DNA of 64,000 nucleotides from Pseudomonadales bacterium (GCA_020632265.1 JACKFW010000001.1:791272-855271), one strand, 5' to 3'. Counted from the stretch's first letter, positions 30,768 to 42,120 are shown. Notes: generated by a model from the sequence alone, not told the origin. Numbers and translations are program-made.

Positions 30768-31640
30768 ATGAAAAATTCAGATTTGACAACCAATTTATTT
30801 GATTATCATATTTATTGCAGAGATCGAAGTTCACTGCTAAAATATTTGTATGATCACTTAAAAAAGAGTGATGGACTGATTAGTATTTTTACACCAAATC
30901 CGGAACAAATCGTTCTTTCAAAAAAACAAAAATCATTCGCAAAAAATTTGGGTTTTGCTGATATTTCAATCCCTGATGGCATTGGATTGGTATTTGCTTC
31001 AAAAATATTGGCATTTCTTGATAAAGGTGAGGAGATTAAAGAAAGAATTACTGGGATAGATTTGTCAAAATCTCTATTGAATTACTCAAAAGATTCTAAA
31101 TATTCAATATTAATTATTGGTGGAAAAGATTATCTGGGCAGGAAATTCGATGAATGGGAAGTAAGAAAATCCTCCTCTTCTAATCCAAATATTCAATCAA
31201 CTTTGAAGATGAATTCTCAAGATTCTCTGAATCCAAATATTCAAAAATCAAATCTAATTAGCAAAAAGAGGCACGTTATCTGGTGGACAGAAGGGTATGA
31301 ATCAGTGAGCGATCCTACCATTGGAGAAACTAATTCAATTTTAACTTCAATTGCGACAGTTAAGCCAAAAATAGTGTTTGTGGCTTTTGGGGCTCCTTAT
31401 CAGGAGGAATGGGTGGTTGAAAACAGTGACTTTCTTAAGAAGAATAAAGTAAATTTAGTAATGGTAGTGGGTGGAACCTTTGATGTGCTTTTAGGAAAGG
31501 TTTCTAGAGCCCCTGAGTGGATTCAAAAACTTGGCTTAGAATGGTTTTATAGACTATTGGGGCAACCATGGAGATGGAGACGACAAATGAAGCTTTTAGA
31601 GTTTGTGGGATTAGTTGTAAAAAAGACTTTTTTTGTTTAA
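30768..31640 (+). CDS. WecB/TagA/CpsF-family glycosyltransferase (N-acetylmannosaminyltransferase-like).
   Basis: The C-terminal region GGTFDVLLGKVSRAPEWIQKLGLEWFYRLLGQPWRWRRQ matches the family signature (RAP..W....GLEW.YRL..EP.R). Confidence 0.7.
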   Translation: MKNSDLTTNLFDYHIYCRDRSSLLKYLYDHLKKSDGLISIFTPNPEQIVLSKKQKSFAKNLGFADISIPDGIGLVFASKILAFLDKGEEIKERITGIDLSKSLLNYSKDSKYSILIIGGKDYLGRKFDEWEVRKSSSSNPNIQSTLKMNSQDSLNPNIQKSNLISKKRHVIWWTEGYESVSDPTIGETNSILTSIATVKPKIVFVAFGAPYQEEWVVENSDFLKKNKVNLVMVVGGTFDVLLGKVSRAPEWIQKLGLEWFYRLLGQPWRWRRQMKLLEFVGLVVKKTFFV

Positions 31641-31858
31641 AAAATTTAAGCAGTAGTCAGATCGATTATACGAACAAAAATAATGAGGATTTGGATCAAA
31701 GAGATTTGCTAATTAAAATATTCAAGAATGATGCTGGTGTTGTGATATCTGTGATGCGATGAAAGAATAGCATATTTATTGATCTGTTAATTTTACTTGT
31801 CTTGACAACTGGTTTTTATTCATCAGATACTATGTTACTAGTTGAATGAATTAATTAT

Positions 31859-34702
31859 ATGCCAGAAAATCAATCTCAAGTTGAGAGCTTGGAAGAACTT
31901 CGTCGTATAGATCCTCAAAATGAGACAGATCCTATAAAGCTAAAACTTGCTGAAATATTTTCTCTTTCAGAGCTAGATCTGTATAATGATTTAATATCAG
32001 ACCAACAACGGCTACAACAAATAAAATTAATAGAAGAAGTTGATAGAATTCGGGATTGGATTTTACAAAAATTGAGGGAACGCAATGAAGAAGCCAAAAA
32101 AATTGAGCAATTAATTGAAAGTGTTGATTATTTATCCAGAGCCGATAAACATGCATCAGATCTAAAGTATTTTCCCGAAGTTAAAGATATAGTTAATAAT
32201 CTCTCAAGTTTTGCAGATGCACTGAAATTTATTGATGATTTTAAAAGCAGTTCGGAAATTACTGAAGATCAAATGTTAAAACTAATTGACCTTCTTCAAT
32301 CATTTTTTATTGAGTTTGATCAAAAAATGATTGACGATTATCAATCTCTATTTACAGATTCAAAGTCAGTCAGTAATAAAGTAAGAAAAATATTATTTAA
32401 AATACGTGCAAAAAAATCTAGGGCAATTTATGAAGGCACTAATGCAAGTATTATGGATTTACAGAATGAAGTAACTAAGAAATTGCATGAATCTATTTCT
32501 TCGATTATTGAACAAATTAAAAGTCAAATTGAACGCATCGATATCGATGCGGTGGATGATGGCGATGGATATTTAGAAATTTTTTCTGAATTTAATAAAT
32601 TAGAAATGCTTGTTATACAGAATGCTCACAATAGCTTAAGCGTAATTATTCCAGAAGAACTTGCATCTTTGCCACGAATCGTCGAAAAACTTCTTGATGA
32701 ATTTAGACACAAATTACGGTTAAGCAAAGAAGAAAAAATAGCTCAATTGAATGATCCTAGTTCAGTAATAATTGGCGCTCAAACAAAACTTGAAGATTGT
32801 CTTAATGAAACAGATATCGTTTTGCCTCAAGCTAGAGAGCAAGTTACAAGTTTAGTAACGCTTATTTCTGGGCACTCAACCAATGGTGGATCGAAGTTCA
32901 ATCAAGAAATTTCTGAATTACTTGAGGGAAAAAGATTTGCACATTTTTTAATTTCAAGACCCCACGAATTGCGAAGGCAACTCTACAATATGTATTTAAA
33001 TTCTGAATTGCCCAGAGAAAAAAGAAAAGAATTTTTTAAACAAGCGATGAATCTGATGAAGGAGTTGGTGCAAACTCAAACAGAGGCATTCTTTGTTGCT
33101 TATGATAAAGTATGGACTTCATTTCAGTTAGCCAATTTAGATGAAATTCAAATAACTCGGCGAGATATTCGTCAAGAATTTTTTAGGTGTGGTTATGAAA
33201 TTGCCTCAGATGGAGAAATTGATTTTGTAGATGCATTAATTAGGGCTAGAGATAATCACAATGAGCTAATTAATGTTTTAAAAGAACAACTTGATATTGA
33301 AAACTCAAGTGAAATTCAATTAGGATCCTTACTTTTTAAGGCTTACGCCAGAGCTAAATCTTTAGATCCTTCGAACTTTCCATACGGAGAAGTTCGTTTA
33401 GATACAACACCTCCCGTTACTAGTATTAGGTTAATCTGTGCAGATGAAAGAGATTATGGTTTTGCTGCCGATGAATTAAGTACAAAGGATTATCAAAATA
33501 GTATGGTAAACAAAATAATCTCCGGTGGCTTTACTTATTCACAAAAGCAAAAATTTTCTTTTGAAGATGGTAAGAGCAAAAATTTCCCTTTTACTGTTAT
33601 TAGAGGTTCGAACGATGAAAAATATCAAAAAACTACGATTTGGCATGAAGATGCGCATCAGGCAATACGTTTAAACACTAATGAGGAAGAAAGCAGGATA
33701 TCTGCAGAGAAAAGGAATACAGTTTCACTTTCTAAAGAATTTATTTTTGATCAATTAAAATTAACATCTTATAATCATTCAGAGGCAGTGTCCAAATGGC
33801 GAGATATAATCATTCCACAACTTGATAAAGCAGTTACTATGATGAGGGATGAAGTGCAAGCATATTTAACTGAAGGAACAGATGTTTCTAGGATAAGAGA
33901 ATATCTTTCAGATTCTAGCGAAGATGCTTCATATGACTATGTTTGTGACTTTAATTTCAGAAGTAGTCAGATTGATCAAATAAGTAAAAAATACGAGGAT
34001 CCAGAGGAAAGAGATGCTTTAATAAAATTATTTAAGAAAGATGTCTTAAAGGCTAGGGCAGCATATGATGAAAAAAAAGCAACATATCTAAACAGAGTAG
34101 AGAGTGTTCTTAGTAGGTTTTTGCAAGATGACAACGAGGATGTAGCAAAAAGAAAGTTAGCTCTTCTTGTTAGGCACACTACTCCAGAGGAGTTTATGGT
34201 TATAACGAGATATTTAAGAACAAATGGAAAGAAGAATGTTGAAACAGAAAATGGAGATGGTGAAACAATAGATGATTTTGACAAGAAAAAATTTACTGAG
34301 AAGCTAAATCTATTTAATGATGAACAAATGGATAAATTGTTGGTCGCTGTGCCAAATGAATTAAAAACAGTCTTATCCTTTATGCAAAAAATTTCAGCAA
34401 AAGCCCCTGGGTATATAAGGGAAACATTGGGATCAATCGAAATTATGGATGAAATCGTTCTTTCTAGAAATGTTGTGCGAAAAATTATTAATTATCAATT
34501 TGATCTAACCAATGCTATTAAGACATCTCTGGTTTGGACAAAAAAAGATGCTGAAGAAAAAAAAGAATATGAAAAGAATAAGTTTTATCAAGTTGACAAG
34601 ATGGTACCTGCCACACCATCTGCTGCTGACGAAAATAATGCATACTTTTTAGTTAATTTGGCAATGAAAAAAATCTGGCGTGAATCAACGCATCAAGCTT
34701 GA
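31859..34702 (+). CDS. Large hypothetical protein (947 aa). It is predicted to be largely helical or coiled-coil and contains an HEDAH (HExxH-like) motif.
   Basis: Long uninterrupted ORF. The TIWHEDAHQ motif is noted, but the context is not convincing for a metalloprotease. Confidence 0.45.
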   Translation: MPENQSQVESLEELRRIDPQNETDPIKLKLAEIFSLSELDLYNDLISDQQRLQQIKLIEEVDRIRDWILQKLRERNEEAKKIEQLIESVDYLSRADKHASDLKYFPEVKDIVNNLSSFADALKFIDDFKSSSEITEDQMLKLIDLLQSFFIEFDQKMIDDYQSLFTDSKSVSNKVRKILFKIRAKKSRAIYEGTNASIMDLQNEVTKKLHESISSIIEQIKSQIERIDIDAVDDGDGYLEIFSEFNKLEMLVIQNAHNSLSVIIPEELASLPRIVEKLLDEFRHKLRLSKEEKIAQLNDPSSVIIGAQTKLEDCLNETDIVLPQAREQVTSLVTLISGHSTNGGSKFNQEISELLEGKRFAHFLISRPHELRRQLYNMYLNSELPREKRKEFFKQAMNLMKELVQTQTEAFFVAYDKVWTSFQLANLDEIQITRRDIRQEFFRCGYEIASDGEIDFVDALIRARDNHNELINVLKEQLDIENSSEIQLGSLLFKAYARAKSLDPSNFPYGEVRLDTTPPVTSIRLICADERDYGFAADELSTKDYQNSMVNKIISGGFTYSQKQKFSFEDGKSKNFPFTVIRGSNDEKYQKTTIWHEDAHQAIRLNTNEEESRISAEKRNTVSLSKEFIFDQLKLTSYNHSEAVSKWRDIIIPQLDKAVTMMRDEVQAYLTEGTDVSRIREYLSDSSEDASYDYVCDFNFRSSQIDQISKKYEDPEERDALIKLFKKDVLKARAAYDEKKATYLNRVESVLSRFLQDDNEDVAKRKLALLVRHTTPEEFMVITRYLRTNGKKNVETENGDGETIDDFDKKKFTEKLNLFNDEQMDKLLVAVPNELKTVLSFMQKISAKAPGYIRETLGSIEIMDEIVLSRNVVRKIINYQFDLTNAIKTSLVWTKKDAEEKKEYEKNKFYQVDKMVPATPSAADENNAYFLVNLAMKKIWRESTHQA

Positions 34703-34729
34703 ACAAAACGATACTTTTGAATTAAGTTT

Positions 34730-34996
34730 TTATTCCTCAGTTACACCTAACAACCAAAGGACTGCTTCTTTTTTGTATCTTCTGTCACCTCTAGAATTAA
34801 TTCTGATTGCAGGCAATTTGCCTCTTTTCCCCCAACGCTTAATTGTCAAAGGAGAGACTCTTAATAAATCTGCAACCTCTCTGACAGTTAGTAAATCAGG
34901 TAATTTTTTTATGTCTAATTTACTGGCATCATCAGCTCTTCCTGTCCTTTTATCATCCATGTTGTTTACTACATTTGTTTGAATTTGGTCATTCAT
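34730..34996 (-). CDS. Excisionase/MerR-superfamily helix-turn-helix DNA-binding protein (88 aa).
   Basis: LLTVREVADLLRVSPLTIKRWGKRGKLPAIRI matches the excisionase-family HTH pattern. Confidence 0.65.
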   Translation of the reverse strand: MNDQIQTNVVNNMDDKRTGRADDASKLDIKKLPDLLTVREVADLLRVSPLTIKRWGKRGKLPAIRINSRGDRRYKKEAVLWLLGVTEE

Positions 34997-35220
34997 TTTT
35001 TATAGTCCTTATATTTTTTTACAAGCAGGCCCAAGTAACAATTTTTGGACCAAATTAACTACCTTTTGAACGATTACTGGATAGTTTTCGCTCAAAGCAT
35101 ACCGGTGAAAAGTAGCTCAAATGCAAGCTTTACTATTATTAAGGTAGCAGAATATGAGGAACTAGGTCAATAGGGAGTTTATATAAAAAGGCATCAAAAC
35201 ATTATCAAAAAATATATCAA

Positions 35221-35250
35221 AAACCCCGCAAGTTATTGCGGGGTTTTAAT
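35221..35250 (-). terminator. Intrinsic terminator downstream of rplL, usable on either strand.
   Basis: CCCCGCAA-GTTA-TTGCGGGG hairpin flanked by A-run and T-run. Confidence 0.55.
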
Positions 35251-35331
35251 TATTCTCTGATTGAGAAATCTTTTTGGGATTCTTGGGTTACGCAACCGTC
35301 GAAACTATACAAAAGATTAAGTTGATTAAAA

Positions 35332-35736
35332 TTATTTTAATTCAACGACACAACCTGCTGCTTCAAGATCTTTTTGTGCTTTTTCAGCATCTTCTTTTTT
35401 AGCACCTTCCAAAACTGTTTTTGGAGCTGATTCTACGAAAGCTTTAGCTTCTCCTAAACCCAATTCTGGTTTAAGAACTCTGACTGCTTTGATAGCACCA
35501 ATCTTGTTTGAACCTGCGTCTTTTAAGATAACATCAAACTCAGTTTGTTCCTCAGCTGCTGCAACTGCGCCACCTGCTGCTGGCATAGCACCCATCATCA
35601 TAGGGGCTGCTGCACTCACACCAAATTCGCTCTCGAGAGCTTTTACTAATTCTGAAACTTCAATTAAAGATAATTCTTTAACTGCGTCTACGATTTTTTG
35701 CACCTTTGCGGAAAGTGCTTTTGTTTCTTCTGACAT
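35332..35736 (-). CDS. rplL: 50S ribosomal protein L7/L12.
   Basis: The Ala-rich hinge [22 protein letters not shown] is present. The C-terminal domain [10 protein letters not shown]...[24 protein letters not shown] is canonical. Confidence 0.95.
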   Translation of the reverse strand: MSEETKALSAKVQKIVDAVKELSLIEVSELVKALESEFGVSAAAPMMMGAMPAAGGAVAAAEEQTEFDVILKDAGSNKIGAIKAVRVLKPELGLGEAKAFVESAPKTVLEGAKKEDAEKAQKDLEAAGCVVELK

Positions 35737-35872
35737 ATTATTCCTTTCTTATTTATACCTTTTGGTATTTGTTTTAATGGTCAGTTAATACTATTTTTGT
35801 GCCAAGTTTAGTTGGCGAGTTTTCAAATTTATAATTATTTTTTCTAAACTAGGACATTTTTCTCTAAATACG

Positions 35873-36379
35873 TTATTTACCCTTATCTGCAATTGCTTGT
35901 AATGCGTATACCAGATCTCTCGATCCAGCTTTAAGAACATTGACCAATCCAGTGGCTGGACTTTGAAGTCTGTTAATAAGCATGGAGATGAGTTCATTTT
36001 TGCTAGGAAGTTTACTTAGTTCTTCAATTTCTTGAGCAGAAAGAACTTTTTCATCCATAAAACCTTGTTTAATTTCTAATTTATTTGCATCTTTGTGAAA
36101 AGAGAAGAGTTTCTTTATTGCAACTACGGCATCTTCATAAGAGAGGACGATGGCATTCATGCCTTCTAATGAAGAAGTGAGTTTACCTTTGCCAATTGCG
36201 AGATCAATTAAAGTGTTTTTAGCGACAATCACTTCGCCACCTGCTTGAGATATTTCACTTCTAAGTTTTACTTGATCATTAGCGCTGGTGCCTGAGTAAT
36301 CAACAATTGCTAATGATTTAGCGCGAGCGATTTTTTCTTTCAAAATCTCGACTTTTTGTAAGTTTTGTTTATTTGGCAT
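35873..36379 (-). CDS. rplJ: 50S ribosomal protein L10.
   Basis: Size is 168 aa and it is typical L10 sequence. It lies immediately upstream of rplL. Confidence 0.9.
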   Translation of the reverse strand: MPNKQNLQKVEILKEKIARAKSLAIVDYSGTSANDQVKLRSEISQAGGEVIVAKNTLIDLAIGKGKLTSSLEGMNAIVLSYEDAVVAIKKLFSFHKDANKLEIKQGFMDEKVLSAQEIEELSKLPSKNELISMLINRLQSPATGLVNVLKAGSRDLVYALQAIADKGK

Positions 36380-36802
36380 AAGTTTTCCTATTTAATATAC
36401 AAATATATTTGCTTCTGTTTTAAACAAAGAATTAGAGGAGGAGAATAAGTTTGAGTTGTTTGATTAATAATTGATTTGTTTATTTTTTCAATTAATAAAT
36501 CATTACACTTAATTTTATGATCTCAGCCTCGGCGTGTCTTATTTACTAAACTCTAGTGGACTAGGTATTAGTTTTGCGCGCTGTCTTTGGATGACAGAGT
36601 TGAATTATATCACAAAAATATTTTTTTGGTACAAATCAATGTGAAACAAATAACATGGGAAATATTTATATCTGAATAGAGTTTTGCTTATTTATTACTC
36701 ATTGCAATTTTCCTCAAGATGAATTAGACTGATCGACGTAATGAAAAGTAATATAGTTTCATCCACTAGCAATCATGCATATCGCTTCCAAATTAAGATG
36801 GG

Positions 36803-36885
36803 AGAGGTTTGTATACTTGCAGGGTAAGAACTAAATTACGAAGTAAGCGCACAACCTCTCAACAAAACGAGAGGTTTTTTCTTTT
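36803..36885 (+). promoter_or_regulatory. Attenuator-like element with alternative pairings GAGAGG / CCTCTC / GAGAGG. It ends in a terminator hairpin plus a T-run.
   Basis: GAGAGGTT at 36803 can pair with AACCTCTC at 36853. The latter can alternatively pair with GAGAGG at 36869, followed by TTTTTTCTTTTT. Confidence 0.35.
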
Positions 36886-37302
36886 TAAGGGCGCTTTTTA
36901 TTAAATTTTGAGGTTAATTAGTTAACTCGGTTTAATATAAGCTCCCTTAATAAGCTAGGTATTAATTGTTTTGTGCGCGAGAAAGGAATTATGAAAGCAG
37001 GAACCACTGCTTTGCCATATAGTAGAAAAGCATTACAGTCATTGGCTGATAATCTTAAGATTCATCGATCAATGCTTTGGTTGGATCCTGTGACTAATAG
37101 TATTAGTATTAAGCAATTTGATTCACAAGATAGGCAATTGAATTTACAAGATGATTTTAGAGAATAATTTTTAAGATTATTTTCTGAAAAATCGATAAAT
37201 TTAATTTTTTTTGAAATTATTAAAATGTATTACAAAATATTGACTACCATTTTAACTATGAACCCCGTTTAGGGTGTGGCGTAAGTTATTTCAAAAATTG
37301 AT

Positions 37303-37330
37303 TTAATAAAGCTCCCCAGACGGGGAGCTT
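37303..37330 (+). terminator. Intrinsic terminator or attenuator hairpin in the thrS leader.
   Basis: AGCTCCCC-AGA-CGGGGAGCT followed by TTTATAATT. It lies 135 nt upstream of thrS. Confidence 0.45.
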
Positions 37331-37466
37331 TATAATTGATGGCTAAGGATATATGAATTGGCAGAGAAGTAAGTGGGTAGGCAAACGAGATGGTGGGGCG
37401 GATAAATATGATTAGAAATAATTGCTTAACACAGATTTATACAAAACATTATAATTAACAAAGAAA

Positions 37467-39233
37467 ATGAAAGTTAATATGAATAAAAATATACAAGCAT
37501 TAAGACATTCTGCTGCTCATTTGTTGGCAGCAGCCGTATTAGAACTTTACCCAGAAGCAAAACCAACTATTGGACCTGCAATTGATGATGGGTTTTACTA
37601 TGATTTTGATTTTGGTGAAGACCAGATCAGCGAGAATGATTTACTTGGAATTGAGAAAAAGATGAGGTTTTTAATTAAGGGTTGGGGAAATTTTGAACGT
37701 CAAGAAATTAGCGCAGATGAAGCCTATGAAATGTATAAAGATAATCAATATAAAACAGAATTAATTGATGAATTTGTTAAAGATGGCGAAATTTTATCAC
37801 TTTATAAATCTGGAAATTTTACTGATTTATGTCGGGGTGGACATGTTGAAAAACCCGCTATAAATATAAAATATTTCAAACTGCTTTCAGTAGCTGGCGC
37901 ATATTGGCGTGGTAGTGAAAAGAATAAAATGCTTACAAGAATTTATGGCACAGCCTTTTTTACTCAAGAAGATTTGGATGCATTTCTTAAAATGAAAGAA
38001 GATGCGAAAAATCGAGATCATCGAAAATTGGGCAAAGAGTTAGGATTATTTGTCTTTTCTGACACCATAGGCAAAGGTTTGCCATTATGGACAAAAAAGG
38101 GATCTGTAATCAGAAGAGAATTGGAAAACTTCGTGGTTCAAGAAGAAATAAAAAGAGGATATGAACATGTTTACACCCCTGACATTGCTAATTTAGATTT
38201 ATATAAAAAATCTGGTCACTATCCATATTATAAAGCTTCAATGTATGCTCCGATTAAAATTGAAGACGAAGAATATATGCTTCGTCCAATGACTTGTCCT
38301 CATCATTTTGAATTATATTTATCCCAGCCACATTCTTATAAAGAATTGCCAATTAGAATTGCAGAATTAGCTAAATTGTATCGTTTCGAAAAATCTGGAG
38401 AATTATCAGGTCTGATGAGAGTTAGAAGTTTCTGTTTGGCCGATGCACATATTATTTGTAGCAAAGATCAAGCTAAAGAAGAGATCAACAATGTTATTGA
38501 TTTAATTGAATATATGACCAATGTTTTTGGCTTAGAAGCTGGCAGCGATTATTCTTATCGACTTTCCTTGGGAGATAGACAAAATGAAGAGAAATATTTC
38601 AAAGATGATCAGGCTTGGGATTTTGCCGAAGATGTTTTGCGATCAGTTTTAAGAGAAAGAAATTCCAATTTTGTTGAAGCAGAAAATGAAGCTGCTTTTT
38701 ATGGTCCAAAAATTGATGTCCAAATGAAAAATGTTAATGGTAAGGAAGACACAGCATTTACAGTTCAATATGATTTTGTAATGCCCAAAAGATTTGATCT
38801 CAAGTACACGAATGACAAAAATGAAACTGAACAGCCTATTGTGATTCATCGATCGTCTATTGGTGCTATTGAAAGAACGATTGCTTTCATAATTGAAAAA
38901 TTCGCAGGTAGATTTCCGGTTTGGATATCACCAGTTCAAGTAAAGATTTTGCCAATTTCTGATAAATTTTTAGATTACGCCAAAAGAGTTGAGACCCAAC
39001 TTAAAGAAGCTGGAATTCGAGTTGAAATTGACGATAGAGCAGAGCGTTTGCAAGCTAAGATCAGAGATGCAGAAATGGAAAAAGATCCTTATATGCTTGT
39101 TGTTGGAGAAAAAGAAGCCTTCGAAAGTACCATTACTGTTAGAAAGCGTGATACAAAAGATCAAGTTGTTTTAGCGGTCGATGAATTCATCAAAAATATT
39201 AGAGCAGAAATTTCAAGCTTTTTTCACGATTAG
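37467..39233 (+). CDS. thrS: Threonyl-tRNA synthetase (lacks the N-terminal TGS extension).
   Basis: Class II core motifs (HRSSIGAIER, FYGPKIDV). A C-terminal anticodon-binding domain is present. Size is 588 aa. Confidence 0.95.
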   Translation: MKVNMNKNIQALRHSAAHLLAAAVLELYPEAKPTIGPAIDDGFYYDFDFGEDQISENDLLGIEKKMRFLIKGWGNFERQEISADEAYEMYKDNQYKTELIDEFVKDGEILSLYKSGNFTDLCRGGHVEKPAINIKYFKLLSVAGAYWRGSEKNKMLTRIYGTAFFTQEDLDAFLKMKEDAKNRDHRKLGKELGLFVFSDTIGKGLPLWTKKGSVIRRELENFVVQEEIKRGYEHVYTPDIANLDLYKKSGHYPYYKASMYAPIKIEDEEYMLRPMTCPHHFELYLSQPHSYKELPIRIAELAKLYRFEKSGELSGLMRVRSFCLADAHIICSKDQAKEEINNVIDLIEYMTNVFGLEAGSDYSYRLSLGDRQNEEKYFKDDQAWDFAEDVLRSVLRERNSNFVEAENEAAFYGPKIDVQMKNVNGKEDTAFTVQYDFVMPKRFDLKYTNDKNETEQPIVIHRSSIGAIERTIAFIIEKFAGRFPVWISPVQVKILPISDKFLDYAKRVETQLKEAGIRVEIDDRAERLQAKIRDAEMEKDPYMLVVGEKEAFESTITVRKRDTKDQVVLAVDEFIKNIRAEISSFFHD

Positions 39234-41870
39234 GGGTTTAAGAATTTCTTCTGTAACAGGACCTATAAAAGCAAGACCAATTGCAAGTGTAAGTAACTCA
39301 AAACTTAGATGCGTGGTTTTAAAGATGTCATTGCCTAGGTATACAACTGCTAGCGTGACTAGAGTACCAAAAAGAACTGAATATGGAATCCATTTATTAT
39401 TTGTAAATCCTAATTTAAATATGCTTTTATCTAATGATCTTGCGGTAAAAGCTCTAAGTAGTTCTAACATAGAAAGTGTCACAAAAGCCATTGTTTGAGC
39501 CATTGCGGTAGATGTTTTAAAACCAATAAAATATGAAATCATCACAGCAAATGTAGCAATTATGGTCATACTAGCTATGTTAAGCCACATTTGTTTTGTA
39601 ACAATAGATTCATCTTTATTGCGCGGTGGTAAGTTCATTAGAGTTGGATCACCGGGCTCACGTGACATTGCAATGGCCGGAGCTGCATCTGAAACTATAT
39701 TTAACAGTAACAACATAATAGCAGTGAGTGGAACAGGCACCCCAATAATTGTTGCAACCACAAATATGCCAATTTCAGCCATGTTGCAGCTCAGCAGGTA
39801 TCCTACAAACAATCTTATTCTGTGTAAAATATATCTTCCTTCTTCAATAGCATCTACTAAAGTTTTATAGTTATCATCAAGAAGAACTAAATCAGCCGCC
39901 GATTTAGTAACATCACTACCTCTTTGACCCATAGCTACACCAACATGCGCTGCTTTAATTGAAGGAGCATCATTAACTCCATCTCCAACCATCGCAACCA
40001 AATATCCTGACTCTTGGAATAAATCAACTATGTATGATTTATGACTTGGTGAAACTCTTGCAAATATATTGGCATTTAAAATTCTGTTTACTTGTTTTTT
40101 TTCAATTGCTTCATCTAGTTGGTCTCCTGTCATCACTGCGTCTTCAGATAAGGATTCATCTTTTGTAATAAGTCCAATCATTAGACCAATGCTTTTGGCA
40201 GTGATTGGGTTATCACCAGTTATCATAATTGGTCTAATCCCAGCTGCTTTTGTTAAAGCAATGGCGTGGGGAACTTCTTCTTTTGCCGGATCACTTAAGC
40301 CGACAAGTCCAATTAAAATTAGATTGCTTTCAGCTTTATCTCTATGTGTTTTCGAACTAAATTTTTCCATTGTTTTTTCTGCAAGCGCAATCACCCTCAA
40401 ACCTTTGGATGTCATTTCTAATAGTTGAGATTCAATTTTCTCCTTTTGGGATTTATTAATTCTTTCTATTTTTTGATCTGAAGTAAAATAATGTGTGGTG
40501 TGGTTTAAGAGTACTTCTGGAGCTCCTTTGGTTGCAATAAGGTATGTATGGCTATTGGGATGGGGAAGTAGTTTGAGATGCTTTTCTTGATCTTGTTTAC
40601 TGCCAATAATTTTTGAAAAACTATGAACTGTCGACATTCTTTTTAATGAACTGTTAAATTCAAACTCAAAAATTTGTTGAATGTCGGGTAAGTTGATGGC
40701 ACTTTTTTTTACCCAATCAAAAAGCGCACTGTCTGTAGGATTTGAGTTTGTATTGCAAAGTTTAGCAACTCTCATCAGTCTACCCAGTAATGGCGATGTC
40801 TTCTTCATGTTTTTTCCATCTAATTGATCAGTTGTCCATGTTTGGGTTACAGACATTTTTCCTGTGGTAAGTGTTCCCGTTTTATCAGTTAGAATAACTG
40901 AAATGCTGCCTAAAGCTTCTACAGCTTTCAATTTTCTAACTAATGCTTGTTTCTTGACCATGGCTTGGGTACCAAATGCTAAACAGATTGTAATTACTGC
41001 TGGTAATCCCTCTGGAACTGCGGCAATTGCCAGTGCGACAGCTTCTAAAATTGCTTCCAAGAGATTTTCACCCCTTACAAATACATTTAAAAAGAGAACT
41101 ATTAGAACCATACCAATTAAAATACTACTGAGTAGTTTTCCAAGTTTTTCGAGCTGTTCTTCTAAAGGTGTGGGCTCAGATTGAGTATCTTGAAGCAGTG
41201 TGGCAATTTTTCCCAGTTCTGTGTTCATTCCAGTTGCTACAACTATAGCGGTGAGTTTTCCTTCAATTACAAGGGTGCCACTGTATGCCATATTGGTTCT
41301 TTCTGCCAGTGGAGTATCTTCTTTTAATTCATCTGCACGCTTGCTCGATGGCATAGATTCACCTGTGAGCGTAGATTCATCTATACTGACATTGTTTGAT
41401 TCAATGATTCTTATATCAGCTGGTACTGCGTCACCAGCTTTTAGGATAACAATGTCACCAATAACTAAATTTTTTGTGTCAATTATTTGCAGTTCGCCGT
41501 TTCGACGAACTTGAGTGGATCTAGATTCTAATTTCTTAAGGTTTTTTAGAGATTCTTCGGCTTTGGCGTCTTGCACGTATCCCAAAATTGCCATAAAAAG
41601 AATAATGGCAATGATTAAGACTCCATCGATTATTTCGCCGGCAATAATTGAAATTATTGCACCTACTATCAGAATCCATACTAGGTAATTATTAAATTGA
41701 GCTAAAAGTTTTTGCCACCAATAGACCTTTTCTTGCTCATCAATTTCATTGTTTCCAAACTCGCTAAGTTTTTTATTTACTTGATTTTCTGACAGTCCTT
41801 TTTTTATAGATGTATCAAGATAAGAAAGTAAAGCATTTACTGGAACCGAATGGAATATATATTTAGTCAT
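39213..41870 (-). CDS. P-type cation-transporting ATPase (type II, Ca2+/Mg2+-like).
   Basis: Phosphorylation motif DKTGTLT. Hinge GDGVNDAPS. TGES-like region. Ten TM helices. Size is 885 aa. Confidence 0.9.
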   Translation of the reverse strand: MTKYIFHSVPVNALLSYLDTSIKKGLSENQVNKKLSEFGNNEIDEQEKVYWWQKLLAQFNNYLVWILIVGAIISIIAGEIIDGVLIIAIILFMAILGYVQDAKAEESLKNLKKLESRSTQVRRNGELQIIDTKNLVIGDIVILKAGDAVPADIRIIESNNVSIDESTLTGESMPSSKRADELKEDTPLAERTNMAYSGTLVIEGKLTAIVVATGMNTELGKIATLLQDTQSEPTPLEEQLEKLGKLLSSILIGMVLIVLFLNVFVRGENLLEAILEAVALAIAAVPEGLPAVITICLAFGTQAMVKKQALVRKLKAVEALGSISVILTDKTGTLTTGKMSVTQTWTTDQLDGKNMKKTSPLLGRLMRVAKLCNTNSNPTDSALFDWVKKSAINLPDIQQIFEFEFNSSLKRMSTVHSFSKIIGSKQDQEKHLKLLPHPNSHTYLIATKGAPEVLLNHTTHYFTSDQKIERINKSQKEKIESQLLEMTSKGLRVIALAEKTMEKFSSKTHRDKAESNLILIGLVGLSDPAKEEVPHAIALTKAAGIRPIMITGDNPITAKSIGLMIGLITKDESLSEDAVMTGDQLDEAIEKKQVNRILNANIFARVSPSHKSYIVDLFQESGYLVAMVGDGVNDAPSIKAAHVGVAMGQRGSDVTKSAADLVLLDDNYKTLVDAIEEGRYILHRIRLFVGYLLSCNMAEIGIFVVATIIGVPVPLTAIMLLLLNIVSDAAPAIAMSREPGDPTLMNLPPRNKDESIVTKQMWLNIASMTIIATFAVMISYFIGFKTSTAMAQTMAFVTLSMLELLRAFTARSLDKSIFKLGFTNNKWIPYSVLFGTLVTLAVVYLGNDIFKTTHLSFELLTLAIGLAFIGPVTEEILKPLIVKKA

Positions 41871-42039
41871 AGGTACAATTTTATCATTGATCTTGATAAT
41901 ATATTGATATACTTTTCAATTTTGTAGTCCGAGAGCTTTGTAGCATATTGATATGTTTTTACCTCGCTTCATGTGAGTTTGATAATATATTGACATACTT
42001 TCAACCTCAAACTCTGAGTTATCAAAGGTTAATATTCAA

Positions 42040-42070
42040 AAAAAGCCCTCAATTATTGAAGGCTTTTTAA
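42040..42070 (-). terminator. Hairpin with flanking T/A runs downstream of rplA.
   Basis: AAGCCCTCAAT-T-ATTGAAGGCTT followed by TTTTTAATTTTTTT. Confidence 0.4.
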
Positions 42071-42077
42071 TTTTTTT

Positions 42078-42120
42078 GGTTTAATTTGGTTTAATTTGGT
42101 TTAATTTAATTTGGCTTAAT
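42078..42120. repeat. Tandem GGTTTAATTT x3-4.
   Basis: Seen directly. Confidence 0.7.

Noticed and set aside
39562-41514. Several 100-120-aa plus-strand ORFs.
   Set aside because: They are antisense to the well-supported P-type ATPase gene.
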